A stretch of DNA of 57,374 bases. Source: Octopus sinensis (Eukaryota). Positions 37,740 through 50,077 of this stretch are shown here, one piece after another. Positions within the stretch are counted from its first letter, which is position 1; every line of letters starts with the position of its first letter. Where the stretch lies: contig NW_021833598.1 in the NCBI RefSeq assembly GCF_006345805.1, positions 1-57,374 on the forward strand, in the 5' to 3' direction. A program made the position numbers and the translations under genes. Under the pieces are notes generated by a model. The model ran no database searches. It saw only the letters and a program-made list of their open reading frames with translations, and was not told the origin of the DNA.

Positions 37740-37854
37740 ATCAGCCATAACAGGTGTAAATATTCTACCTGATGAAACTAACAGGTGTAAGCATTCTACC
37801 TGATTAAACTTGTCAGATCCAGCCTCTCACAATTACCTTTAAGGAAAAGGTATA

Positions 37855-38377
37855 CCGTAAACCCTCGAGTATAATCCGCATTTTTTCCCCAAAATTTAAA
37901 GGTCAAAATCCCTTGTGCGTACTATGTACGAGGTTAAAAATTTAAAGTATTTTCTAAGCAATGTCCGAGTCTCTATTTTGCCGTCAGGCAATGTTTATTC
38001 AGTTGCATTTTGTGATGTCAGGTGCGAAAATACCTTAAGCTAAGCCTGAAAGCAATGAAGTCATAAAATAATCATCCATAACTTGCAATAAGCAACATTT
38101 ATTAAAATAAAAGTATTCAGAACACAGAATAACATGTAACAAAAACAATTTGCAAACATATTTACATTCCCATATAACAGTTAAGAACATCACCATTATT
38201 GTATTACGCATGTGCGGAAGTGTTTGTTCGACTAGGTGCTGCTGGCTTAATTATGCATGACTCAAGTTGGAGATGGGGTGCGTATTATACACAAGGTTTA
38301 GGCTTTTCAGAGGTTCACCCCCCTAAAAATCCCCAGCGTATTATACTCAAGGGCGGACTATACTTGAGGATTTATGG
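37855..38377. mobile_element. Tigger/pogo-type MITE with TA TSD
   Basis: TA|CCGTAAACCCTCGAGTATAATCCGC ... GCGGACTATACTTGAGGATTTATGG|TA; sits inside another piggyBac-like MITE copy. Confidence 0.75.
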
Positions 38378-39129
38378 TATATTGAAATCTCAAAGCTATG
38401 CGATAATGCATGATTAATTCAAAACAATGTGAATAAATAAACATTACATTTGACTTAGGAATCTGAATGCTAAAGGGTAAAAGTGGTGTTTGGAACATAA
38501 ATTGACATGAAGTTTTGATGGGTCATTTTAAATGAAATCTCTTTAAAGTATAAAGTTTGTATCGTAGAACTAAATGCAGTTTTAGGCATGTTGGTATCAA
38601 AAGAATGAAACTTGTTGTCAGTGGTGGTGGTGGCAGTGGCGTTGTCATAGTGGTGGTGGTGTAGCGTCTGTTTTTCTGTGCTGGCATAGGTTGGATGGTT
38701 TGACAAGAGGGAGAAAACTGTGCCACGCTCTGCTGCCTGCTTTGGTACGGTTTCTACGGCTGGCTGCCATTTCTAACACCAACCACTTTACAGATTGCAC
38801 TAGCTGTAGTTTATGTGGCACCAACATTAGTGAGGTTCCCAAGTAACATGCAAGACAAAGAGTAGTATTGAGGGACAGAAAATGTGTTTTGTAGTAGAAG
38901 AGAAACAGGGTTACATCAGATGAAAGAAGAGAGAGAGAGAGGGAAGGAGAGAGGTGGGAGGGAGGGAGGGAGAGAAAATGATAGTAAAGATGTGATATGG
39001 AGGAGGCAGGGGCTGTTCTCCTAAGTTTTAGGAAGGTGCATTATAGTAAAGTGGACCAGGGATTGGTGAGGGTGAAAAAGAGCTGTCTTTTTTAAAAAAA
39101 GAGCAGCATTTAAAGTAAAGGTTGAAATG

Positions 39130-39516
39130 AAGAATTTTGAAGAAGAAAAAGAGGAAGAACCAGAAGATGAAGGAGAAGGACGAGGAAGAGGAAGGAGAGA
39201 AGAAAGAGAAGATGGAGGAGGAGGGAAGAGGAAGAAAAATGAAGAGGAGGAAGAGGAAGGAGGAGAAGAAAGAGAAGATGGAGGAGGAGAGAAGAGGAAG
39301 AAGAAGGAAGAGGAGGAAGTGGAGGAGAAAGAAGGAGGAGGAGGAGGGAAGGGGAGGGAGGGATTAAGAGGAGGAAGATAAATAAGGAGAAGATGACGGA
39401 GAAGGAGAAGGAGGAGAAGAAAGAGGAAGATGAAGAAAGAGAAGAAGCAGAAGAAGAAGCAGAAGAAGAAGAAGAAAGAGAAGAAGAAGAAAAGATGATG
39501 ATGATGATGATGATGA
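39130..39516. repeat. (GAA/GGA)n plus (GAT)n tract
   Basis: Direct inspection. Confidence 0.9.
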
Positions 39517-39939
39517 GGATATATGTTTTGGAATAATAAATTTATTATTTGCATTGTGTCCAATGAAACCTGGAATGATCATTTTTTTGCCTGTTTATTT
39601 TTAATAGATTCTGACAGAAATGAATGATGCAGAAATGCTAATAACTTTAGTGTTTGTCACAGGAGAACAGCTTTTCCCCTTTTACATTGACAATGGGTTC
39701 ATAAAATGTGTGGTAAGAAGCTTGCTCCCCAACCATGTTTTGCAGGTTCAGTCCCACTGTATGGCACTTTAGACAAGCATCTTCTACTATAGTCTTGGAT
39801 CAAACAAAGGCTTGTGGGTGGATTTGGTAGATGGAAACTGAGAAAAGCCAATCGTGTGTGTGTATATAACTTCCACAGATAAGGAATTCTTTCTATAGAC
39901 GTGATATAACTAGTCTTAGACTTTGCCATCTTCCCTATC

Positions 39940-40540
39940 ACAGGAACTACCCTGTTAAACCTTATCCTTTAGTTTCAAATCACTTTGTCTCATCTTACTA
40001 GACTTGAAAGTCACAGCATCTTCATCCAAATGCTGTTGTGATTCCATGAATAACGAAGTCTTTCTCTAGTTGTAGCTTTTTTCTTGAAATGGCCAAACTT
40101 TAGAACTCTCTTTCATCTCATCATTTTTCTTCTCTTTTTTGCTCTGATAAACCTTATCCTTTAGTTTCAAATCCCTTTGTCTCATCTTACTAGATTTGAA
40201 AGTTATAGCATCTTCATCCAAATGCTGTTGTGATTCCATGAATAACGAAGTCTTTCTATTGTTGTAGTTTTTTTCTTGAACTCTCAGAGTTTGAAAACTC
40301 TTTTCCATCTCATTGCAATCGTCCTTCCTTCTTTTCACTCTGATAAACCTTCATTCATAGTTCCAGATAACTTTGTGCCATCTCGTCAGAGCATCTTCAT
40401 CCAAATGTTCTTCTGCTTCTACAAATAAATCTTTCTATGGTTGTTGCCTTTTCCCCTTGAACTGCTAGACTTTGGAACTCCCTTCCATTTCGTTGTCTTC
40501 CCTTCTTATGAGCTGAACCCTTTCAAATCTAAAGAACATT
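39940..40540 (-). pseudogene. Decayed tandem coding-like repeat, about 192-bp (64-aa) units x3, origin unknown
   Basis: taaacctt anchors at 39956, 40148 and 40344; minus frame KTSLFMESQQHLDEDA[I/V]TFKSSKMRQ[R/S]DLKLKDKV repeated, with in-frame stops and a 4-nt indel. Confidence 0.55.
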
Positions 40541-41165
40541 AATCCCTTTTGCCTTAAATTCTCCTCCTTCATAGTCCCTTACACTAAATGGCTTCTTACC
40601 TTCTTCAGGATTTCCTAATGTAAAGAATGAAATATAATGGCATGGAACAGTGAACAATTTGTCCACTAAAATTACAAACAAGCCATTAGCGCTTGTTGGG
40701 TTCATTGGCCTGGATACTCCTGAATGACAAGACACAATGATATTGAAACACCGTCTGTCTCAGGATCCCTTGTACTAATGAACTGAACGTGTTATGAATG
40801 TAAAGTTGTTGTGAAAGAGAAGCTGTACTGCTGTGACAAACACAACAGGGAATCGCATATTTACATTCGAATCTAGCTGAATGCATTAAAAATAAATATG
40901 CAAAACAATATATTCTGAAAGTTATAGTTTCATAAAGAATTGGAATTATGCTTCTTCTATTTTATTATTTCCCAGTTTTAAAAAAAAAACATTTTTGAAA
41001 AATGTGCAATATTTGATATTCTTCAATATTGGTTGCTTTGATTTTGCTGGTTTAATTTGCTAGAAATCGCTTCTGAATATTTATCCAAATAACATTCAGC
41101 TGTCATTTTAAAGAATTGCAGCACTTTTGGCAAGAATCTGAAATAAAGAATTTCCAAGAATATAT

Positions 41166-41577
41166 TGGCTGTGTGGTAAGTAGCTTGCTAAACAACCACA
41201 TGGTTCCGGGTTCAGTCCCACTGCGTGGCATCTTGGGCAAGTGTCTTCTGCTATAGCCCCGGGCCGACCAATGCCTTGTGAGTGGATTTGGTAGACAGAA
41301 ACTGAAAGAAGCCTGTCGTATATATGTATATATATATATATGTGTATGTGTGTATGTTTGTGTGTCTGTGTTTGTCCCCCTAGCATTGCTTGACAACCGA
41401 TGCTGGTGTGTTTACGTCCCCGTCACTTAGCGGTTTGGCAAAAGAGACCGATAGAATAAGTGCTGGGCTTACAAAGAATAAGTCCTGGGGTCGATTTGCT
41501 CGACTAAAGGCGGTGCTCCAGCATGGTCACAGTCAAATGACTGAAACAAGTAAAAGAGTAAAAGAGTAAAAGAGAGA
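41166..41577 (+). mobile_element. SINE family A, near full length
   Basis: Complete body and tail. Confidence 0.9.
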
Positions 41578-41624
41578 GTATATTTTGGAAGTTTTAGAGT
41601 TTCATAGCAAACGCAATCATGTTT

Positions 41625-42052
41625 CTTTTATTCTTTTACATATTTCAGTCATTTGACTACGACCATGCTGGAGTATCACCTCGAAGAATTTTAGGTGAAG
41701 AAATTGATCCCAGGACTTATTTTTTAAAACCTAATACTTATTCTATTGGTCTCTTTTGCTGAACTGCTAAGTTATGGGGATGTAAACAAACCAACATCGG
41801 TTGTCAAGCAATGGTGGTGCAACAAACACAGACACAAAGATAGACACACATAGATACACACACGCACACACACACATGCACACTTGTACAACGGGCTTCT
41901 TTCAGTTTCCGTCTAGCAAATCCATTCACAAGGCTTTAGTCGGGACAAGGCCATCGTAGAAGATACTTGCCCAAGGTGCCATACATTGGGACTGAAACTG
42001 GAACCATGTGGCTGGAAAGCAAGTTTCTTACCACGCAGCCATACCTGCACCT
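41625..42052 (-). mobile_element. SINE family A, full length, diverged
   Basis: Reverse orientation, tail-to-tail with the preceding copy. Confidence 0.85.
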
Positions 42053-42359
42053 ATATTATGCTTAATATATTTCTTCTTAAGGGATTGCTTTGGTCGAATA
42101 GTAGATTGCCTGTCATGTCTACTGGAGATATGGGTTCAAATCCTTCAGGCAGCATTTGACTTTTAGCATGATTTGAGGTTCAGTTCCACTGCATGAGACC
42201 TTGGTCAAGTGTCAGCTACAATAGCCTTGGGCTGCCATAAGTGAGTGGATTTGGTTGATAGAAACTGAAAGAAGCCCATCATATAGATATGTGTGTGTGT
42301 GTGTTTGTGGCTGTGTATATATATTTATATGTATATATATGTCCTGTTATTACTATTAT

Positions 42360-42620
42360 TGTTTTTTGTATTTATATTCGCGTGGCATCGTCTGTTTTTC
42401 TGTCCTTGTTTCGTATACATTCGATCCTTTTTCCAAGAAATCTAATGCTCGTAGCTTAATTTTTCCTTGGGGCTGGCCGGATCGGAGCGATCTCAAGATT
42501 AATCAGCCGAAATTGCGAGGATGATCCGGTTCTTGACTGAAGATTAGAGGCTTCGAATGTCCCGTCCGTGTTTTTTGTATCGTCTTCTAAATGTTTTACG
42601 TTCTTGTCCCAGTTTGTATT
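42360..42620 (-). mobile_element. Unclassified dispersed repeat
   Basis: Its reverse complement matches 8630-8700 (aaaatacaa..ggacaagaacgta...ttagaagacgataca..aaacacggac.ggacattcgaa). Confidence 0.55.
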
Positions 42621-43053
42621 TTTCTACATATAATATATATATATATATATGTGCACACACACATTTATATACATACATATATACACATATACATAAGGTA
42701 CTAGTAGGGTATAAAGATAGGGTATTCTTGAGAGGCATTTAACTTGAAATGTGGGCTATCATCACTGTTGGATTCCAGACTAAAACCAAAATTCCTCATG
42801 TGTAGAAAATATTGGTTTTCACGATGGTAAAACTGTTGTGTGGGTTTAGCAAAGAGTAAAACCTAATCCAAAGAATAAGACAAAGGAAATCCTTTAAGAC
42901 ATCTTTGACGATTCGTTACAATTGTTTTTACATCAACTCTGCTTGTGACACCAGTTTATGAAGAATTCAGAGGGGAAAATTTTAGTAAATTTTGCAAGTT
43001 GAGTTGGTAGAGAAACAATTGTTACTGATCATTAAAGATGTGCTAATGTACAT

Positions 43054-43084
<31 letters not shown>

Positions 43085-43111
<27 letters not shown>

Positions 43112-43370
43112 ATCACGTGACCGACCAGGCTATTAGATGTTGCTACACATCGCTGGTCACAATGTGCTTTGCATTGTTTTTTTAGCCTTCAAATGACGCC
43201 ACCCCACTGGCTAAGCGAGCAGGCCAACAGAAGAAAGAGTGAGAGAAAGTTGTGGTGAAAGAGTACAGCAGGGATCGCCGTCATCCCCTGCTGGAGCCTC
43301 GTGGACCTTTAGGTGTTTTCACTCAATGAACACTCACAACGCCTGGTCTGGGAATCGAAACCGCAATCAT
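43085..43370 (-). mobile_element. tRNA-derived SINE with CACGTGAT tail
   Basis: Minus strand ggtttcgattcccagacc (B-box-like); tail shared with 32040-32290. Confidence 0.7.
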
Positions 43371-43377
43371 ATATATA

Positions 43378-43608
43378 TATTTCTTTACTGACCACAAGGG
43401 GCTAAACATAGAGGCGACAAACAAAGACAGATAAGGGGATTAAGTCGATTACATCGACCCCAGTGCAAAACTGGTACTTTATTTATTGACCCTGAAAGGA
43501 TGAAAGGCAAAGTTGACCTCGGCGCAATTTGAACTCAGGACATAACGACAGACGAAATACCACTAAGCATTTCGCCCAGCGTGCTAACGTTTCCGCCAGC
43601 TTGCCACC
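43378..43608 (-). mobile_element. SINE family C, monomer with head
   Basis: Reverse complement of head plus one 184-bp unit. Confidence 0.85.
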
Positions 43609-43877
43609 CTATATATGTATGTATATATATATATATATATATGAATGGTTGCAAGTATGTATTTGATGCATGTATACACTTGTATTGATTCGTACATATG
43701 TTTACATTCTCAGCAGGATGTTTTGGCCTGATTTATATACCCCATAATTTCTGTTAAACGCATTAATTACTCTGACAGGAGTTTATCAGTAAAATGGTTG
43801 ATTTCTAGTTTGTGTCTCTAGTTTTATAAATCTTCTTCTATGTCTACATTCACACACACACACACAGATATATGTTT

Positions 43878-43919
<42 letters not shown>

Positions 43920-43921
<2 letters not shown>

Positions 43922-44057
43922 CATATACATACATACACACACATATTAACTGACATGAAAATGCATGTGTACTTACTTATGTGCATATATATATATACAT
44001 CTGTGTGTCTGTGTGTCCATGTATATCTGTGCTTATAAACACACACATCCATGAATT

Positions 44058-44095
<38 letters not shown>

Positions 44096-44330
44096 CTCAT
44101 ATACATATACACAAAATCCATACGCACATACATGCACAAACGTCCAACCGCCCCACACACACATATACATGCATACATACACACACATATAAATACCTAC
44201 ATGCACTTACACGCATCCACGTGTATACACACATGCACACACTGACAAACTCACAGCCACACACTCACATACACACACCCACACACACACACGTACACAT
44301 ACTCATACACACACACACATCTACACACAA
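43920..44330. repeat. (AC)/(AT) compound microsatellite
   Basis: Direct inspection. Confidence 0.9.
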
Positions 44331-44539
44331 TCTATGGCTCGTAGCCAAACTCTTCCGTATATTTTATGGCCGTTGAAGAAATTAGTGAACAGTTGTTGTT
44401 TTCCTGTTTCTTGTCACGTATTCACCAATATTCCATCAACTTAAGACATTCTAAATCAGATAACTTCGCCTATAAATGCTCTCACTCTCACACATTTCCA
44501 AACTGTTAATTATTATAATTGTTATTATTATTATTATTA

Positions 44540-44733
44540 GTCAGTAGTCTTATTTTTATCACGTGCTTTATCACTGCACTACCGAGCACAGCTCTGTGTG
44601 CCTTGGGTGTGTGCTGTGGTTCGTTGTGGTGCTCTAATTTTCACTGTTCTGAAAGTGTTTTGCGTAGGATGTGTGCAGTGCCAAATAGTGCAATTTTCTC
44701 TATGTTATATATATTTGTAAGTCCTGGTGTTTC

Positions 44734-44736
<3 letters not shown>
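44540..44736 (-). mobile_element. R4/Dong LINE 3' end
   Basis: PGLTNIYNIEKIALFGTAHILRKTLSEQ* plus 3' UTR, between (TAA)n tracts. Confidence 0.75.
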
Positions 44737-44778
<42 letters not shown>

Positions 44779-44930
44779 TATCATTAGCATGGAATAAACT
44801 GCCTGCGTCAGTTGTTGACTGCCATGACACTGCATCCTTTAAGGCCCTCATACTTTCCGAAATCCGCCGAAACTACACCTGATTATATATACACTTTAGA
44901 TGAGTTGTAGTGCACCTGAGCACTGTACAC

Positions 44931-44931
44931 A

Positions 44932-45017
<86 letters not shown>

Positions 45018-45535
45018 TATCTTTATTATTATTATTATTATTATTATTGTTATTATTATTATTATTATTATTGAGTGAGAGAGCAATGCATGCCATCAAA
45101 GTGACACTGGGGTAAAATATACAAAGCCCAGTATACCCATCATGACTACCCGTCTGATAAGGGTACACTAGGCACAAACATCACAACCATATGTACGCAA
45201 CATGGTGATCTCATATCAAGATAAACAGCGCATGACCTTGCAGGTGGAGCCCAGTTAGAATTTTCTTCAGGTCGAGTAACCCATCCTGCTCAAAAGGTCC
45301 CTGAATAAGGGTTGCTTTAGGATGTTGAACGAAACACCCATGTTTCCAGAGATGAATTATTCAAACCCCAAAGAATCCCTCTCAACACACGGCTATGATG
45401 CTCACCCACTACTTCTGCTCATGATCAGAAATGCACATATCGTCAGCCACTAAGGGACATGCTCAACTGGTTAAGGTCAAACAACTGACAAGCAAATCTG
45501 TGGTATTGTGCAGAATATTTGCTGTAGCCCATCTT

Positions 45536-45566
<31 letters not shown>

Positions 45567-45652
45567 TGTTATTATTATTATTATTATTACTATTGTTATT
45601 ATTATTATTATTATTATTACTATTGTTATTATTATTATTATTATTATTACTA

Positions 45653-45707
<55 letters not shown>

Positions 45708-45838
45708 TGTTATTATTATTATTATTATTATTGTTATTGTTATTATTATTATTATTATTGTTATTATTATTCAGTAGTCTTATTATTATTACTATTATTA
45801 TTATTATTATTATTACTATTATTATTATTTTTATTATT
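44931..45838. repeat. (ATT)n tracts, including a 30-bp higher-order unit at 45545-45720
   Basis: Direct inspection; interrupted by the element at 45073-45537. Confidence 0.9.
45073..45537 (-). mobile_element. Truncated copy of the TAA-flanked element at 12970-13525
   Basis: Reverse-complement match. Confidence 0.8.
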
Positions 45839-45841
45839 CAA

Positions 45842-46083
45842 CTGTCTTATTTTTATCACGTGCTTTATCATTGCACTACCGAGTGCCACTCTGTGTGCCT
45901 CAGGTCTATTCTGTGGTTTGTTGTGATGCTCTAATTTTCACTGTTCTGAAAGTGCTTTACGTAGGATGTGTGCGGTGCCAAATAGTGCAATTTTCTGTGT
46001 TATAGTTATTCTGAATGCTATAGTCCTTGATGTTTTGGTTATGTATTTGTCTGAATGTTTTTTAATCATACCTAATGCACCTA
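45842..46083 (-). mobile_element. R4/Dong LINE 3' end (same family as 44540-44736)
   Basis: IIGALGMIKKHSDKYI...QKIALFGTAHILRKALSEQ*. Confidence 0.75.
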
Positions 46084-46220
46084 TTATTATTATTACTACT
46101 ATTATTATTAGTCAACACAAAGAGAGCGATTTGATTGTAATAGATACTTCGACAGTAAGCCTGTCTTTGTTGAGTTCAAAATAAGAAGAGATAAAAATTT
46201 ACAATTATGGAAATTTACAT

Positions 46221-46448
46221 TTAACCCTTTCATTACTGTATTTATTTTGAGATGTTCATTGTTTCTTTCAGTTACTTTAAATATAACAAATACTTTAGTA
46301 AAATAACTAAGTTATCATTCAGCTAGTGTTAGGAACATAAATTGTGACTTAGGTTTGGTGGAAGATTTTAATTCAAAACTTATGAAAACAAGACATTTGA
46401 ACTCAGAGCCAGAAGTGGTTTCAGCTGGGTTGGTATCAAAAGGGTTAA
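46221..46448. mobile_element. piggyBac-like MITE, second family
   Basis: ttaaccctttcattac ... ggtatcaaaagggttaa. Confidence 0.65.
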
Positions 46449-46589
46449 AGTATGAACGAGAGCAACCAGCATCCACACGTTTCAGTTTCAATTTTATAAC
46501 AGGGGAAAAGAAAAATTAATGACAATGAAGAAGGAACTACACCCCAAGAGTGATGTTGTTATTCTGAAAGACTCTTGGATAGTTCTTAA

Positions 46590-48640
46590 TTACCGGTTAT
46601 TCTTTACTTGAAAGTAAGCAATAACAAATCACCAAAGGTTTCAAGTATTTCCTTCTCCTGTGATTCAAAGAAACAATACTCTCCTTAGAATGTGAGCTGT
46701 ACCCAACAATGCCATCTTCTGGATCACCTCGAGCCTGACAGCAGCTCCAATATTCTTTATATATGTTTTTCAAAGCCCTTGAAAACTGGTCTTAGTGCTC
46801 CAGTTACCACCGGTATCACCATTACTTTCCTCATGCCCCATAGCTTTCCTATCTCGTCCCACAGTGGCTGGTATTTCTCAATCTTTTCTGTTTCCTCACA
46901 TTTTACCCTCGAATCGCTTAGTATTGCAACATCTTTGCTTCTTTTTCATCTTTATGGATGATCACAATATCTGGCCGTCTCACCTGTATGACTTGGTCGC
47001 ACTGTATGTTAAAATTCCAGAGTATTTTGTAATGTTCGTTTTCCATTACTCCCTCTGGCTTGTGTTCATACTATTGTTAGGCTCTCTCTAGGTTTGCTTT
47101 ACCGCACAACAGCTAGTGGATATATCTGGCCACACTGTTGCATCTCCTTTTGTATTCACATTATGCAAGATTTCAGCACTTATTAACAATATGGCTTATA
47201 CTTTCTCTCCTCTCAGAGCACATCCTACACTGTGGCGAGTCAGTGCTTTTATCAATGCGATATTTGGAGTGGTTTGTTCTGAGAGCTTCTTCTTGAGCGC
47301 TGCACACTAATGCCTCAGCGGGCCCTTTTAAGTCTCCTTTCTGCAGTCATTGCCAGGTTCTATTCCAATCAATCTCATCTTTATTCTTCAAGAACTGACT
47401 GTGCATTTTCTTGTCCTGCCAATTTTTCTTCATCTGCTCTCTCTGGTCTTTCTTAAATCATGTTGGATCTACGGCTTCGTTCTCTTTTAAGGTTCCCTGC
47501 ATTTTCACTGCTTCAATCATTTCTTCTTTACTCGCCTTGACATACCAAGCCAGGCTATTCTCCTCTTCCATTACACAACCTTCACAACCCACCAATCCCC
47601 GTCCTCCTTCTTTCGTCTTTACATACCATCTCGACACATCACTCTTGGGGTGTAGTTCCTTGTTCATTGTCATTAATTTATGTGTTCTCTGGTCTATGTC
47701 TTGTAATTCATGCTTCTTCCAAGATATTACTCCTGCCCCACATCTCATCAAAGCAATCGCCCATGTGTTTATTATTCTAATCTTATAGCGGCCCTTTAGC
47801 TTTGATCGGAACACAAGCCGAGTTCTCCTCAAATACTCCTTCCCCTACATTTCTTACATCTTGTGTTCATTCATCTTATCTCTTTCAACGATACCCAGGT
47901 ACTTATATCCTTCTTCTCCGACTTCCTTTATAGTTTCACCCCTTTCCAGTTTGACCCCATGGCCTTAACTGATTTTCCCCCTTTTCAGAATCATTACCCC
48001 ACATTTCTCAATCCCAAATTCCATGCCACTATTTTTGCTAATCATTTCCATAGTTGCTGTCAAACTCTCAATTTCTTTCTCAGTCTCAGCGAACAGCTTT
48101 AGCTCCTGCATAAAACACAAGTTATTTACTTTCACCCTGCTTAGCATGTACTTCACACGCATCTCTCTATATATAAACAGCAAAATTTCTGTGTGTGTGT
48201 CCTTTATACAAATCCACAATTTTTCAGTTAGAGGGCTTGGACTTTCTATGGTCATTCAAAACCGTCCAAGGGTGGTCGTGCACATCTTTACATTTCCCCA
48301 GTCACACCGCAAAGCCATTAAAAAATCAATAGAAATGACTTTTTTGTGAATTTTCTATCCAAAACCCAATCAAAATGCCCGAAACTTGATATGCCAATTG
48401 AATGCCTGCTAGCTGTATGTGATTGGTCAGAGATATGGACAGTACTAACGTGTATGTGTGCACGCACGCAGCTGTATATGCATGCACTAGCACTATGACC
48501 CGGCTAGTCCTTCTTGAAACATTTGTTAGTGACAGTATGCAGACAACAAATAGGAGAGGTGACATGTTGTCTCCTTCGAAGATTCCTTTTTTGATATTCA
48601 CCTCTCCCAGCTTATCTCTCCATGCTGTGAGTTCAGGATA
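46590..48640 (-). mobile_element. Decayed R4/Dong LINE (RT domain to RLE endonuclease), interrupted by a Helitron
   Basis: GEVNIKKGIFEGDNMSPLLF, NNLCFMQELKLF (degenerate HLLFMDD), EGGRGL, CRMCSE..ESISHIVNKC, RRPDIVI, ALLGTAHILRRVL; multiple stops. Confidence 0.9.
48162..48507 (+). mobile_element. Non-autonomous Helitron inserted precisely at an AT site
   Basis: gca|TCTCTCTATATATAAAC...CCCGGCTAG|tcc; removing it restores the Dong RT reading VSRR-MRVKY on the minus strand. Confidence 0.85.
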
Positions 48641-48759
48641 TTGTGGGAGACCTTTAGCAGTGCCAAAATTTGAAGTTGGGTTTGGACTGATTATTTAACC
48701 CGGCTGTTTGGACATTTAGGATGGTACTTTTTGGCACTGGAGGCAAACATACATATGCA

Positions 48760-48891
48760 CCCATACACACACACACACACACACATACTCATACACACAC
48801 TCACACACACATATACAGAGTGACTGAGAGATAGGGAGAGACAGAAAGAGAGGCTTTACACATTGAAGAATAACTAGATGTTCTCACACAT

Positions 48892-48931
<40 letters not shown>

Positions 48932-49153
48932 AGAGAAAGGAGAGAGAGGAAAGAGAGAAGGAAAAAGAAAAAGATTGGCAGAGAGATACATTACAATTTG
49001 TTAATTGGACTTAATTGATATAAACAATTTTCTTCTCATTTGCATAGAGAGAAATGTGATCACACACCTAAACAGAAAGAGAGAGAGCGAGAGATGAAGA
49101 GAGGCAAAGAGAGGGAGGGAGCGAGAGAAAGAACGAGAGAGAGACTGAGAGTG

Positions 49154-49184
<31 letters not shown>

Positions 49185-49720
49185 TAAATAGATAGACAGA
49201 CATACAGATAGATAGACATACAGATAGATAAATAGATAGATAGATAGATAGATAGATAGAAGATAGATAGATAGATAGATAGATAGACAGACAGATAAAT
49301 AGATAGATAAATAGACTGATAGATAGACAGATAGATAGATAGACAGACAGATAGACAGACAGACAGATAGATAGACTGATAGATAGACAGACAGATAGAC
49401 AGATAGATAGACTGATAGATAGACTTATAGACAAAGAGAAAGAAGAGGATAGGGAGAAAAGGGGAGAAAAACAAGGAGAGAAGGAGATAAAGAGGAAGAG
49501 AGAGAGGAGAGTGAGAGAGAGAGAGAGAAAGAGAGAGTGAGAGAGAGAGAAAGAGAGAGTGAGTAAGAGAGAGAGCTATTATAATTTACGAAGTGAACAT
49601 GATTGGCATAAATATTTCTCCTCTCCTCAGATACATAAAGAGAAAATGCTCAGTCAGATAAAGAGGAAGAAGAGGAAAGGGAGAAAAGGGGAGAAAAACA
49701 AGGAGAGAAGGAGAGAAAGA

Positions 49721-49778
<58 letters not shown>

Positions 49779-50038
49779 AAAACATAATAGTTTGTTAATT
49801 AAACATGATTGGCGTAAACTCGTTTTCCTCTTCTCTGACACATTGAGGTAAATATGGTCACACATCAATAGAGAGAAAAAGATGGGAGGAGAGAAGAAGA
49901 GAGAGGGAAAAAGGGAATGATGGGGAGGGGGAGCGGGGAGAGAAGGAGAGAGAGAGAGAGTGGCGTTATAATTTATTGGCATAAACACTTACCCCTCTCC
50001 TTAAACACACAAAAAGAAATATGGTCACACACATAAAC

Positions 50039-50077
<39 letters not shown>

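Noticed and set aside
39021-39582. Glu/Lys-rich and Ser/Pro-rich ORFs
   Set aside because: Translations of the GAA/GGA purine tract.
42520-42570. Hammerhead-like CTGAAGA...CGAAT motif
   Set aside because: No convincing stem II or stem I pairing could be drawn.
46503-46613. 111-nt plus-strand exon candidate with good splice sites
   Set aside because: Stops in all three frames, and the sequence is built from Dong-derived pieces.
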